NCBI RefSeq assembly: GCF_004010195.1
Contig: NC_057749.1
Location: 5,745,339-5,809,338 of the forward strand
Source of the DNA: Chiloscyllium plagiosum
Lineage: Eukaryota
DNA: 64,000 nucleotides
Direction of reading: 5' to 3'
Shown piece after piece: positions 53,995-64,000 of the stretch. The notes beneath the pieces were generated by a model, which was not told the origin of the DNA, ran no database searches, and worked only from the letters and a program-made list of their open reading frames with translations. Within the stretch, counting starts at the first letter, position 1, and each line of letters starts with the position of its first letter. A program made the translations under genes and the position numbers.

Positions 53995-54914
53995 TTAATA
54001 AAAACAAGTATCCCATATGCATTCTTTACCACTATCTACTTGTCCTGCTGCCTTCAAAGATCTAGGGACATACTTAACAAGGTCCTTCTGATCCTCTATA
54101 CTTCCAAACTTCTACTATTCATCGTGTACTCCCTTGGCCTGATAGTCCTCACACGTCACAGAGTTAAACTTGCCACTGTTCAGTCCGTCTAAATCAGCTT
54201 TCCTCATAGTTATTTACCACATCGATTTTCATATTATCTGTGAACTTATTAATCATACCTCCTACATTTACGTCCAGATCGTTCATGTAGACTATAAGCA
54301 GCAAGGACCCAAATACAGAACCCTGTGGCAAGCCACTGGACACAGACTTCCAATTAAAAATAACACCTTTCAACCATAAGTCTATGTTTCCTGCTCCTAA
54401 GCCAATTTGGAATCCAATTTGACAATTTGCCTGGGATACCATGGTCTCAGTTTCTTAACGGGCATCATCGACCCAGAAAATACTGTATCCACAACAGAAG
54501 ATTAAACAGAAATCAATAGAAATCATCACTTCACTGGAAGAAGAGCTGTGAAATCTATTTTGATTGACACATCTGTCATTGGAAATTCAACGTAAGGTTT
54601 TGTTTGTTCATTACTGTCATTCTTTCTTTGTTTAATGCAGTGCTTTTGTTCAAATTCACATTGAAATTCAGACACCCAATCCAAATAGCGCACTTTGTGA
54701 TCAAGAACAGGATAACAAGGAATATTATTGAGGGCTGAAAAATAAAATGGGGAATTAAGAATGAACAGATGAGCACACTTTTACATATAGAAACAACACA
54801 CCAGAAACTGAGTGACCAGTGAAGTACAACTTGTTGCCTCAGATCACATCCTCACTTATCACTTCCTTCCCCTCAAATAGTACAACCTGTTTATATCAGC
54901 ACTCCTTCCTAAAA

Positions 54915-55147
54915 TAAAACCAGAAAGAACTGGAGATGCTAGAAATCAGAAACAAAAATAGAAATTGCTCAAAACCTTCTGCAGGCCTGGCAGTATTGGT
55001 AGAGAGAATTCAGACTTAACATTTCAGGTCCAGTGACTCTTCTTCAAAACTGACAGTAGCTGGGACAGGATCCTAAACGTTAACTGTGATTTCTCTCCAC
55101 AGATACTGCCAGACTGAATTTGTCCAGAAATTTTTGTTTTTGTTTCC
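54915..55147. mobile_element. Degenerate palindromic pLTR-like repeat (third family; related copies near 20-145, 7010-7147, 24755-25125, 39810-39945)
   Basis: gatgctagaaatcagaaacaaaa...gcaggcctggcagtat and its inverse arm; decayed hammerhead-like centre. Confidence 0.6.
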
Positions 55148-55279
55148 GTACACAAGTTAGCTGACATGCATCCCCAATTCATTCTACATTTTCCAAACAA
55201 TCCCTTCCATATTTCCCAAATGATACACATCCAAACCTTATGCCCCAGCTCAGAGTACACGACTCCGAACTCAACCCCC

Positions 55280-58200
55280 ACCTTGCCCAGGGTGCGCACC
55301 ACCCCCTCTCCCCGTAGCCAAGTCGCTCAGGGTGTGCATTAACCCACTCTCCCCTTATCCAATCGCTCAGGGTGCACACCACCCCCTCTCCCCTTACCCA
55401 ATCGCTCAGGGTGCACACCACCCCCTATCGCTCAGGGTACACACCACACCCTCTCCCCTTACCCAATCGCTCAGGGTACACACCACACCCTCTCCCCTTA
55501 CCCAATCGCTCAGGGTACACACCACACCCTCTCCCCTTACCCAATCGCTCAGGGTACACACCACACCCTCTCCCCTTACCCAATCGCTCAGGGTACACAC
55601 CACACCCTCTCCCCTTACCCAATCGCTCAGGGTACACACCACACCCTCTCCCCTTACCCAATCGCTCAGGGTACACACCACACCCTCTCCCCTTACCCAA
55701 TCGCTCAGGGTACACACCACACCCTCTCCCCTTACCCAATCGCTCAGGGTACACACCACACCCTCTCCCCTTACCCAATCGCTCAGGGTACACACCACAC
55801 CCTCTCCCCTTACCCAATCGCTCAGGGTACACACCACACCCTCTCCCCTTACCCAATCGCTCAGGGTACACACCACACCCTCTCCCCTTACCCAATCGCT
55901 CAGGGTACACACCACACCCTCTCCCCTTACCCAATCGCTCAGGGTACACACCACACCCTCTCCCCTTACCCAATCGCTCAGGGTACACACCACACCCTCT
56001 CCCCTTACCCAATCGCTCAGGGTACACACCACACCCTCTCCCCTTACCCAATCGCTCAGGGTACACACCACACCCTCTCCCCTTACCCAATCGCTCAGGG
56101 TACACACCACACCCTCTCCCCTTACCCAATCGCTCAGGGTACACACCACACCCTCTCCCCTTACCCAATCGCTCAGGGTACACACCACACCCTCTCCCCT
56201 TACCCAATCGCTCAGGGTACACACCACACCCTCTCCCCTTACCCAATCGCTCAGGGTACACACCACACCCTCTCCCCTTACCCAATCGCTCAGGGTACAC
56301 ACCACACCCTCTCCCCTTACCCAATCGCTCAGGGTACACACCACACCCTCTCCCCTTACCCAATCGCTCAGGGTACACACCACACCCTCTCCCCTTACCC
56401 AATCGCTCAGGGTACACACCACACCCTCTCCCCTTACCCAATCGCTCAGGGTACACACCACACCCTCTCCCCTTACCCAATCGCTCAGGGTACACACCAC
56501 ACCCTCTCCCCTTACCCAATCGCTCAGGGTACACACCACACCCTCTCCCCTTACCCAATCGCTCAGGGTACACACCACACCCTCTCCCCTTACCCAATCG
56601 CTCAGGGTACACACCACACCCTCTCCCCTTACCCAATCGCTCAGGGTACACACCACACCCTCTCCCCTTACCCAATCGCTCAGGGTACACACCACACCCT
56701 CTCCCCTTACCCAATCGCTCAGGGTACACACCACACCCTCTCCCCTTACCCAATCGCTCAGGGTACACACCACACCCTCTCCCCTTACCCAATCGCTCAG
56801 GGTACACACCACACCCTCTCCCCTTACCCAATCGCTCAGGGTACACACCACACCCTCTCCCCTTACCCAATCGCTCAGGGTACACACCACACCCTCTCCC
56901 CTTACCCAATCGCTCAGGGTACACACCACACCCTCTCCCCTTACCCAATCGCTCAGGGTACACACCACACCCTCTCCCCTTACCCAATCGCTCAGGGTAC
57001 ACACCACACCCTCTCCCCTTACCCAATCGCTCAGGGTACACACCACACCCTCTCCCCTTACCCAATCGCTCAGGGTACACACCACACCCTCTCCCCTTAC
57101 CCAATCGCTCAGGGTACACACCACACCCTCTCCCCTTACCCAATCGCTCAGGGTACACACCACACCCTCTCCCCTTACCCAATCGCTCAGGGTACACACC
57201 ACACCCTCTCCCCTTACCCAATCGCTCAGGGTACACACCACACCCTCTCCCCTTACCCAATCGCTCAGGGTACACACCACACCCTCTCCCCTTACCCAAT
57301 CGCTCAGGGTACACACCACACCCTCTCCCCTTACCCAATCGCTCAGGGTACACACCACACCCTCTCCCCTTACCCAATCGCTCAGGGTACACACCACACC
57401 CTCTCCCCTTACCCAATCGCTCAGGGTACACACCACACCCTCTCCCCTTACCCAATCGCTCAGGGTACACACCACACCCTCTCCCCTTACCCAATCGCTC
57501 AGGGTACACACCACACCCTCTCCCCTTACCCAATCGCTCAGGGTACACACCACACCCTCTCCCCTTACCCAATCGCTCAGGGTACACACCACACCCTCTC
57601 CCCTTACCCAATCGCTCAGGGTACACACCACACCCTCTCCCCTTACCCAATCGCTCAGGGTACACACCACACCCTCTCCCCTTACCCAATCGCTCAGGGT
57701 ACACACCACACCCTCTCCCCTTACCCAATCGCTCAGGGTACACACCACACCCTCTCCCCTTACCCAATCGCTCAGGGTACACACCACACCCTCTCCCCTT
57801 ACCCAATCGCTCAGGGTACACACCACACCCTCTCCCCTTACCCAATCGCTCAGGGTACACACCACACCCTCTCCCCTTACCCAATCGCTCAGGGTACACA
57901 CCACACCCTCTCCCCTTACCCAATCGCTCAGGGTACACACCACACCCTCTCCCCTTACCCAATCGCTCAGGGTACACACCACACCCTCTCCCCTTACCCA
58001 ATCGCTCAGGGTACACACCACACCCTCTCCCCTTACCCAATCGCTCAGGGTACACACCACACCCTCTCCCCTTACCCAATCGCTCAGGGTACACACCACA
58101 CCCTCTCCCCTTACCCAATCGCTCAGGGTACACACCACACCCTCTCCCCTTACCCAATCGCTCAGGGTACACACCACACCCTCTCCCCTTACCCAATCGC

Positions 58201-58580
58201 TCAGGGTACACACCACACCCTCTCCCCTTACCCAATCGCTCAGGGTACACACCACACCCTCTCCCCTTACCCAATCGCTCAGGGTACACACCACACCCTC
58301 TCCCCTTACCCAATCGCTCAGGGTACACACCACACCCTCTCCCCTTACCCAATCGCTCAGGGTACACACCACACCCTCTCCCCTTACCCAATCGCTCAGG
58401 GTACACACCACACCCTCTCCCCTTACCCAATCGCTCAGGGTACACACCACACCCTCTCCCCTTACCCAATCGCTCAGGGTACACACCACACCCTCTCCCC
58501 TTACCCAATCGCTCAGGGTACACATCACACCCTCTCCCCTTACCCAATTACTCAGGGTACACACCACCCCACATTACCCT
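55280..58580. repeat. 39-bp minisatellite (ATCGCTCAGGGTACACACCACACCCTCTCCCCTTACCCA)n; 79 identical units at 55427-58507 with degenerate flanking units
   Basis: Seen directly; the 13-aa periodic ORFs confirm a period of 39. Confidence 0.98.
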
Positions 58581-58619
58581 AGCCCCTCCCCGAAGGTCCA
58601 TTCTCACCCTCCACCCCTC

Positions 58620-59045
58620 ACCTCCCAGGTTTTCTGGCCTCCCCCGGGCGGCAGGAACCGCCCATACCGCTTCAGCGGCCACTGGGTGTGAGGCAGGTCC
58701 GCCTGAGGCTGGCTGTGGGCCGGCGGCTGCTCCCGCTCAAGCCCGGGGCCGCCTCCGCGACCACACTCGGATTCCAGCAGCAGCCCCGCGGGCCGAGCGG
58801 CCGCCATCACTGATGAAGATTGGTGGGTGGGGGGGGGGGGGGAGTGCTAACGATGTAAATCAACCAATCAACAGTGGCAGGTGACCCGCCAATCACACTG
58901 AAGAATCAACGGACCCTGACCAATTAGATTGCAGCTCGATTTCTATTGGTTTACTGAAAGGCGGGAATCACAGTGTCCTACTGCGACGGTGCACTTTAGA
59001 CCAATCAGATTTAGAGGCGGGAAACGGGCTACCCAATGACCGTGC
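58620..59045 (-). promoter_or_regulatory. REC114 CpG island and TATA-less promoter with CCAAT boxes, E2F-type and MYB-type motifs
   Basis: CpG-dense. CCAAT at 58864, 58889, 58920, 59001, 59033; ATTGG at 58819, 58945; GGCGGGAA at 58960; GGCGGGAAA at 59016; CAACGG at 58907. Confidence 0.75.
58622..58807 (-). CDS. REC114: REC114 coding exon 1 (62 codons, MAAARPAG...QWPLKRYGRFLPPGGGQKTWE)
   Basis: ATG at 58807 in a CpG island. WPLKRYGRF and TWE match the vertebrate REC114 N-terminal PH-domain motifs (human WPLQRYARC...TWK, from memory). Ends at a GAG|GTGAGG donor, phase 0. Confidence 0.9.
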
Positions 59046-59091
59046 TGCCTTTTACTGCTGAAGGATTCCATTGTGTGATCTTCCTGGGCCA

Positions 59092-59620
59092 TTCCTACAG
59101 TGTGGAATCAGGCCATTCGTCCCATTGAGTCCACACTGACCCTATGAAGATTATCCCCATCTCCCTACTTTATCCCTGTAACCTTGCATTCCCCATGGCT
59201 AATTCACCTAGCGTACATATCCCTGGACACTAAGGGCAACTTAGGAGAAAGTGAAGACTGCGGATGCTGGAGGTCAGAGTCAAGAGTATGGTGCTGGAAA
59301 AGCACAGCCGGTCAGACAGCATCCGAGGAGCAGTAGAGCAAGAATGAGGTCTGATGAAGGGCTTATGGCCAAAACATCAATTCTCCTGCACCTCGGATAC
59401 TGCCTGACTGGCTGCACTTTTCCAGCACCACACTCTTCGACTGTGGGCAACTTAGCATGGCCAATCCAGCTAACCTTTGGACTATGGAAGGAAATTGGAG
59501 CACCCAGAGGATACCCACACCGACACAGGAAGAATGTTCAAACTCCACACAGTCACCCGAGGGTGGAATTGAAGCCAGGTCCTCAGCACTGTAAGGCAAC
59601 AGTGTTAACCACTGATCCAA
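59092..59620 (-). mobile_element. HE1 SINE directly upstream of the REC114 promoter, interrupted by a pLTR
   Basis: Consensus match on both sides of 59245-59444. Confidence 0.82.
59245..59444. mobile_element. Palindromic Penelope pLTR nested in an HE1 SINE
   Basis: Inverted arms; GGGCAACTTAG duplicated at 59234 and 59445; dead hammerhead core (GAAA changed to AAAA). Confidence 0.75.
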
Positions 59621-59681
59621 CATTATGCCCTTATTCTTAGTAATGTGCACATTCTTCGTGAAGAGGGCTGTGCTTGGAGTT

Positions 59682-59760
59682 CTGAAGAATCAATGGACCC
59701 TGACCGATTACATTGCAGCTTGATTTCTATTGGTTTACTGAAAGTCGGAAATCACAGTAT
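59682..59760 (+). repeat. 79-bp direct duplicate of promoter segment 58898-58976
   Basis: Ungapped manual alignment with 7 mismatches. Confidence 0.92.
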
Positions 59761-60589
59761 CAACAGCAAACCTCCTGGTCCTTTGCTCATTAAGGTCTTC
59801 CGCTCTTAAAACGGCAACTCAGCAAAGATAAGGCATGATCATAGTGAAAGGTGAAGCAGGCTCGAGGAACTGGCAACTGTATAGTCTACTCCTGATCCTA
59901 TTTCTTATGTTCTTAATTGCAAGTAAGCTGTTGCTGAAGGTCACTTTCTCAGATCTCCAGAGAAAGAGTAATCCAGAATTAAGTTTTAGGCTAACCAGGA
60001 TATCACAAACAAAAGTTTTTTTTAAATTGATTCATAGGATGAGGGAATTACTGGCCAGGCCATCATTTATTGTCCAAAGGGCAGTTAAAAGGCCACCACA
60101 TTGGTTCTGGAGTCACATGTTGGCCAGACCAGGTAAGAATGGCTGTTTCTTTCCCTAAAGGGCTTTAATGAACCAGATGAGTTTTCCCTGACAATCATAA
60201 TTACCCATAAACTCTTCATTCCAGGGATTTTTGAATTCAAATTTCATTATTTGCCAACATGGGATTTGAACCCAAGTCCCAGAACATTGCATTGGTCTCT
60301 GGATGAGGAATCCAATCATAATACCACTTGGCCAAACACTCAGCTGCACTGTCATTTTAGCAGGATGGATTATTCACAGAATAACAGCATTCTTAAGGTG
60401 CAGAAGGAAGCCGTTTGGCCCATCATGCCTGCATCAGCTGCTCAGACCAATTCGCCATAGACATTTCTCTCCATGAGACAATGACAATTGATTATATTGC
60501 TTCAGGGTCACTACTCCACGCCAAGCATAGACAAGTCATGGAGTCCAAGAGTCATAGTCATATAGCCATACTGCACAGAAGTAAACCCT

Positions 60590-63585
60590 TTAGAACACAG
60601 AACGTTACAGTGCAGTACAGGCCCTTCAGCCCTTGATGTTGCACCGCCCTGCGAAACCAATCTGAAGCCCATCTAACCTACACTATTCCGTTCTGGTCCA
60701 TGTACCAATCCAATGACCAATTAAATGCCCGTAAAGCTGGTGAGTCTACAACTGTCGCAGGCAGTGCATTCCATACCCCGACTACTCTCTGAGTAAAGAA
60801 ATGTCCTCTAACATCTGTCCTTTGTCTATCACCCCTCAATGTAAAGTTATGTCCCCTCATGCTAGCCATCACCATCTGAGGAAAATGGTTCTCACTGTCC
60901 ACCCAATCTAACCTTCTGATTATCTTATATGTTTCAACCTTCTTCTCTCTAATGAAAACAGCCTCAAGTCCCTCAACCCTTGTAAGACCTTCCTTCCATG
61001 CCAAGCAACATCCCTGTAAATCTCCTCTAATCCTTTCCAAAGCTTCCACATCCTTCCTATTATGCGATGACCAGAACTGCACACAATACTCCAGTGCAGC
61101 TGAACCAGAGTTTTCTACAGCTGCAACATGACCTCATGGTTCCAAGATCCAATCCCTCTATTAATAAATGCTTACACACCGTATGTCTTCTTAACAGCCC
61201 TATCAACCTGGGTGGCAACTTTAAGGGATCTATGTACAAGGGCACCAAGATCTCTCTACTCATCTACACAACCAAAAATCTTACCATTCACCCAGTACTC
61301 TGCATTCCTGTTACTCCTTCCAAAGTGAATCACCTCACACTTTTCTGCATTAAACTCCATTTGCCACCTTTCAGTCCAGCTCTGCAACTTATCTGTGTCG
61401 CTCTGTAACCTACAGCATCCTTTGGCGCTATCCACTACTGACCTTAGTGTTGTCCGTAAATTTACTAAGCCATCCTTCTATGCCCTCACCCAGGTCGTTT
61501 ATAAAAATGACAAACAGCAGTGGACCTGAAACAGATCCTTGCATTACACCACTAGTAACTGAACTCCAGGATAAACATTTCCCATCAACTACCACCCTCT
61601 GTTTTCTTTCAGCTAGCCAATTTCTGATCCAAACCGCTAAATCACCCTCAATCCCATGCCTCTGTATTTTGTGCAGTAGCCTACCATGGGGAACCTTATC
61701 AAACGCCTTGCTGAAATCCATATATACCACGTCAACCACTTTACCCTCATCCACCTGTTTGGTCACCTTCTTAAAGAACTCACTTAGGTTGGTGAGGCAC
61801 GACCTACCCTTCCCAACATCGTGTTGACTATCCCTAATCAACTTATTCCTTTCTAGATGATTATAGATCCTATCTCTTATAACCTTTTCCAACACTTTAC
61901 CCACATCGAAGTAAGGCTCAGTGGTCAATAATTATTAAGGTTGTCTCTACTCCCCTTCTTAAACAAGGGGACAACATTTGCTATCCTCCAGTCTTCTGGT
62001 ACTATTCTTGGAGACACTGATGACATGAAGATCAAAGCCAAAGACTTGGCAATCTTTTCCCTGGCTTCCTAGAGAAACCGAGGATAAATCTCATCCAGCC
62101 CAGGGGATTTATCTATTTTCACACTTCGCAGAGTTTTGAACACCTCCTGCTTGTGAACCTCAATCCCATTTCGTCTAGTAGTCTGTTTCTCAGTATTCTC
62201 CTCAACAACATTGTCTTTTTCCAGTTTTTTTCATTGAGCACTTCCCGTTTCTCCTCTGATTCCACACACAACTTCCCACTGCTGTTTTTGATTGGCCCTG
62301 ATATTAATCTAGTCATTTTATTATCCCTTATATACCTATAGAAAGCCTTCAGGTTTTCCCTGAACCTATCTATCAACAACCTCTCATGTCCCCTCCTCAC
62401 TTGTCATAGCTCTCTCTTTAGGTCTTTCCTGGCTACCTTATAACTCACAATTGCCCTAACTGAGCCTTCACATCTTATCCTAATGTAAATCTTCTTCTTC
62501 CTCTTGACAAGAGATTCAACTTCCTTCATAAACCAAGGCTCCTGTGCTCGACAACTTCCTCCCTGCCTGACAGTTACATACTTAGCAGGGACACGCAGTA
62601 GCTGTTCCTTGAATAAACGCGGCACGGTGGCACAGTGGTTCTCACCGCGCCACAGACCTGGGTTCAATTCCTGCCTCAGGCAACTGTCTGCGTAGAGTTT
62701 ACACATTCTCCTTGTGTCTGTGTGGGTGTGCTTTGGTTTCCTCCCAAAATCCAAAAATGTGCAGGCTAGGTGAATTGGCCATGTTAAATTGCCTGTAGTG
62801 TTAGGTGTAGGGGAATGGGTCTGGGTGGGTTGCTCTTCAGATGGTCGGTGTGGACTTGTTGGGCCGAAGGGCCTGTTTCCACACTGTAAGTAATCTAATT
62901 TCTATTGAGCCGTTTCCTTCCCCATCCTATGCATCCTAAATCTTGTCTAATCACATTGTAATTGTCTTTCCCCCAGCTGTAACTCTTGCCCTCAGGTGTA
63001 TACCTATCCCTTTCCATTGCTAAAGTAAACAAAGTGAATTATGGTCACTATCAGCAAAATGCTCACCTACCTCCATATCTAATACCTGGCCAGGTTCATT
63101 TCCTAGTACCAGATCCAATGTGGCCTTCCCCTTGGTTGGCCTATATACATACTGGACAAAAACTGACCCAACTAAAGTACTTGAACTATAGTATTCCCAG
63201 TCAATATTTGGGAAGTTGAAGGCCCCCATAACAACTACACTGTCATTCTTGCTCCTATCGAGAATCATCTTTGTTATCCTTTCCTCTAAATCTCTGGAAC
63301 TATTCAGACGCCTATAGAAAATTCCCAGCAGGGTGATCTCTCTTTTCCTGTTTCTAATCTCAGTCCATATTACCTCAGTTAATGAGTCCTCAAACATCCT
63401 TGTTGCAGCTATCATACTGTCCTTGACTAACAATGCCACACCCCCATCTCTTTTACCATCTTCTCTGTTCTTACTGCAGCATCTAAATCCTGGAACATGC
63501 AAGAACCATTCCTGTCCCTGCTCTACCCATGTCTCTGAAATGGCCACAACATTGAAATCCCAGGTACCGACCCATGCTGCAAGTT
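60590..63585 (-). mobile_element. Long decayed CR1 LINE ORF2 (APE endonuclease plus RT) with a nested HE1 SINE at 62620-62900
   Basis: AISETW...GGVALLVK...GAFNFPNIDW...LDLVLGNE...SDHNSL (APE); [26 protein letters not shown] (RT). Confidence 0.95.
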
Positions 63586-64000
63586 CAAAGACCTTATTCT
63601 GGATTGTTGAAGAAAACTCTCAGACTCAGACCTTGCGAACTGATTAGTTTATTACATGATATGTCATGGGGAATTCTCCGTCCTAACTGTGGCTCGGTGT
63701 TATTCCAAAGTACATCAGGATACTACAGGATTATATAGAGAAAACAGCTNNNNNNNNNNNNNNNNNNNNNNNNNNNNNNNNNNNNNNNNNNNNNNNAAAG
63801 GGAGGAGACACTATCTTGAGAAGGAAGATAAGGACAACCTTTCATATTACCTCATAGTAAGGAATGCATAGCCAGCAAAGTTCTGGCTGGGGACACAAAA
63901 TGAAACTCTCAGCCGAATCAGGAAAATGGCTTCCAGACAAATAATGTTAACTTTTCCCCAATATGAATGTTCCTGGCATTGAACTAGACACACTTCAAAC

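Larger units (their letters stand above)
52485..54442. mobile_element. Nested CR1 fragments hosting the Penelope insertion
   Basis: SGLPQGSVFGSLLLIVYMNDLD on minus; FFTQKVVGAWN on plus at 52698-52880. Confidence 0.78.

Noticed and set aside
55427..58524. CRISPR-like array or telomeric repeat
   Set aside because: No unique spacers, eukaryotic context, and no TTAGGG tracts.
55427..58524. PRDM9 hotspot motif in the repeat
   Set aside because: The unit does not fit CCNCCNTNNCCNC, and that motif is specific to human alleles.
58808..58810. ORF-track start at 58810
   Set aside because: It is GTG; the adjacent ATG at 58807 is the plausible start.
55332..58884. Four ORFs of over 1000 aa on both strands
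   Set aside because: By-product of a 39-bp unit (multiple of 3) lacking stops in five of six frames. Intronic, and the REC114 exon 1 frame stops at 58604 before reaching the array.
59341..59385. Functional hammerhead near the promoter (also 464-495, 13610-13645, 13861-13894, 47740-47765)
   Set aside because: Core GAAA, stem III palindrome or stem I is mutated or truncated.
60590..63585. Active autonomous CR1 element
   Set aside because: Multiple frameshifts and stops, a nested SINE and no ORF1.

Overview
Vertebrate genomic DNA, almost certainly from a shark or other elasmobranch (HE1/V-SINEs, HER1/CR1 LINEs and Penelope-like elements dominate). The window holds one complete protein-coding gene: REC114, the meiotic double-strand-break factor, on the minus strand. 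It has six phase-0 coding exons (58807-58622, 49996-49904, 24145-24062, 21729-21538, 14809-14729, 10885-10724; about 265 aa) and a CpG-island promoter rich in CCAAT, E2F-type and MYB-type motifs. The rest is mostly decayed retroelements plus three N gaps. Best second-look items: (1) minimal hammerhead-ribozyme motifs in several Penelope-like families, some apparently intact and two on the REC114 pre-mRNA strand; (2) a 39-bp minisatellite with 79 identical units just inside intron 1, G-rich and full of 5' splice-site-like motifs, which may be an assembly artefact; (3) a 79-bp duplication of the core promoter whose distal copy has lost the putative TF motifs; (4) a tRNA-Asp pseudogene. I cannot claim a wholly new system: hammerheads in Penelope-like elements are a known class. 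Protein and repeat identifications come from remembered family sequences, not database searches, and most repeat boundaries are approximate.
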